Shown here piece by piece: positions 63,640 through 64,000 of a stretch of 64,000 nt of DNA. The notes under the pieces are model-generated. The model was not told the origin of the DNA. It worked only from the letters and a program-made list of their open reading frames with translations, and did no database searches. Location: NCBI RefSeq assembly GCF_030144855.1, contig NC_082731.1:20770001-20834000 (forward strand), in the 5' to 3' direction. The DNA comes from Hypanus sabinus (lineage: Eukaryota). A program made the translations under genes and the position numbers. The first letter of the stretch is position 1; the number at the start of each line of letters is the position of its first letter.

Positions 63640-64000
63640 TTTTATGGATCCCAAAGGTTTCGTTACAGTCGCTCCAACCAAGAATAATTTAGAAAAATAG
63701 CAATATAAAACCGTAAATAATTAAATAATAATAAGTAAATTATTCCAAGTGGAAATACGTCCAGGACCAGCCTGTTGGCTCAGGGTGTCTGACACTCCGA
63801 GGTATGAGTTTTAATGTTTGATGGCCACAGGCAGGAATGACTTCCTATGCCGCTCAGTGTTATATCTCTGTGGAATGAGTCTCTGGCTGAACCTTCTCCT
63901 GTGCCTAACCAGTCCATTACGGCGTGGATGGGAGACATTGTCCAAGATGACATGCAACTCTGACAGCATTCTGTTTTCAGACACCACCGTCAGAGAGGCC
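63640..64000 (-). mobile_element. LINE 3' fragment (Rex1/L2-like), minus strand, running off the window
   Basis: Reverse complement reads ..acactgagcggcataggaagtcattcctgcctgtggccatcaaac.., a style typical of such 3' ends. Confidence 0.6.

Overview
Vertebrate genomic DNA, most likely a cartilaginous fish (shark or ray). This is inferred from the CR1 and Rex1-type retroposon content and the V-gene style. The window lies inside a T-cell receptor alpha/delta-type V-segment array. Five recent tandem paralogues on the + strand (21.4-32.1 kb, period about 2.4-2.8 kb) each have a leader exon, an 85-86 nt intron, a V exon and a 23-RSS. Two look intact (24149, 31614), one has a GTG start, one has a stop created only by splicing, and one is frameshifted. 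A sixth V of another family is intact on the - strand (58481-58005). Each tandem unit also hides an antisense decayed V with a 23-RSS, followed within about 300 bp by D-like (12/23) and J-like (12) relics. This reads as a decayed compact V-D-J cassette lying head-to-head with the next + strand V, and it is the main discovery candidate. At least seven further decayed V relics are scattered through the window. The rest is CR1 and Rex1-type LINE debris, a deleted class I-type endogenous retrovirus (about 11.7-16.7 kb), a Gypsy gag remnant, microsatellites and six N-runs. No constant-region exons, RNA genes or CRISPR arrays were seen. The relic calls are hand alignments and need computational confirmation.
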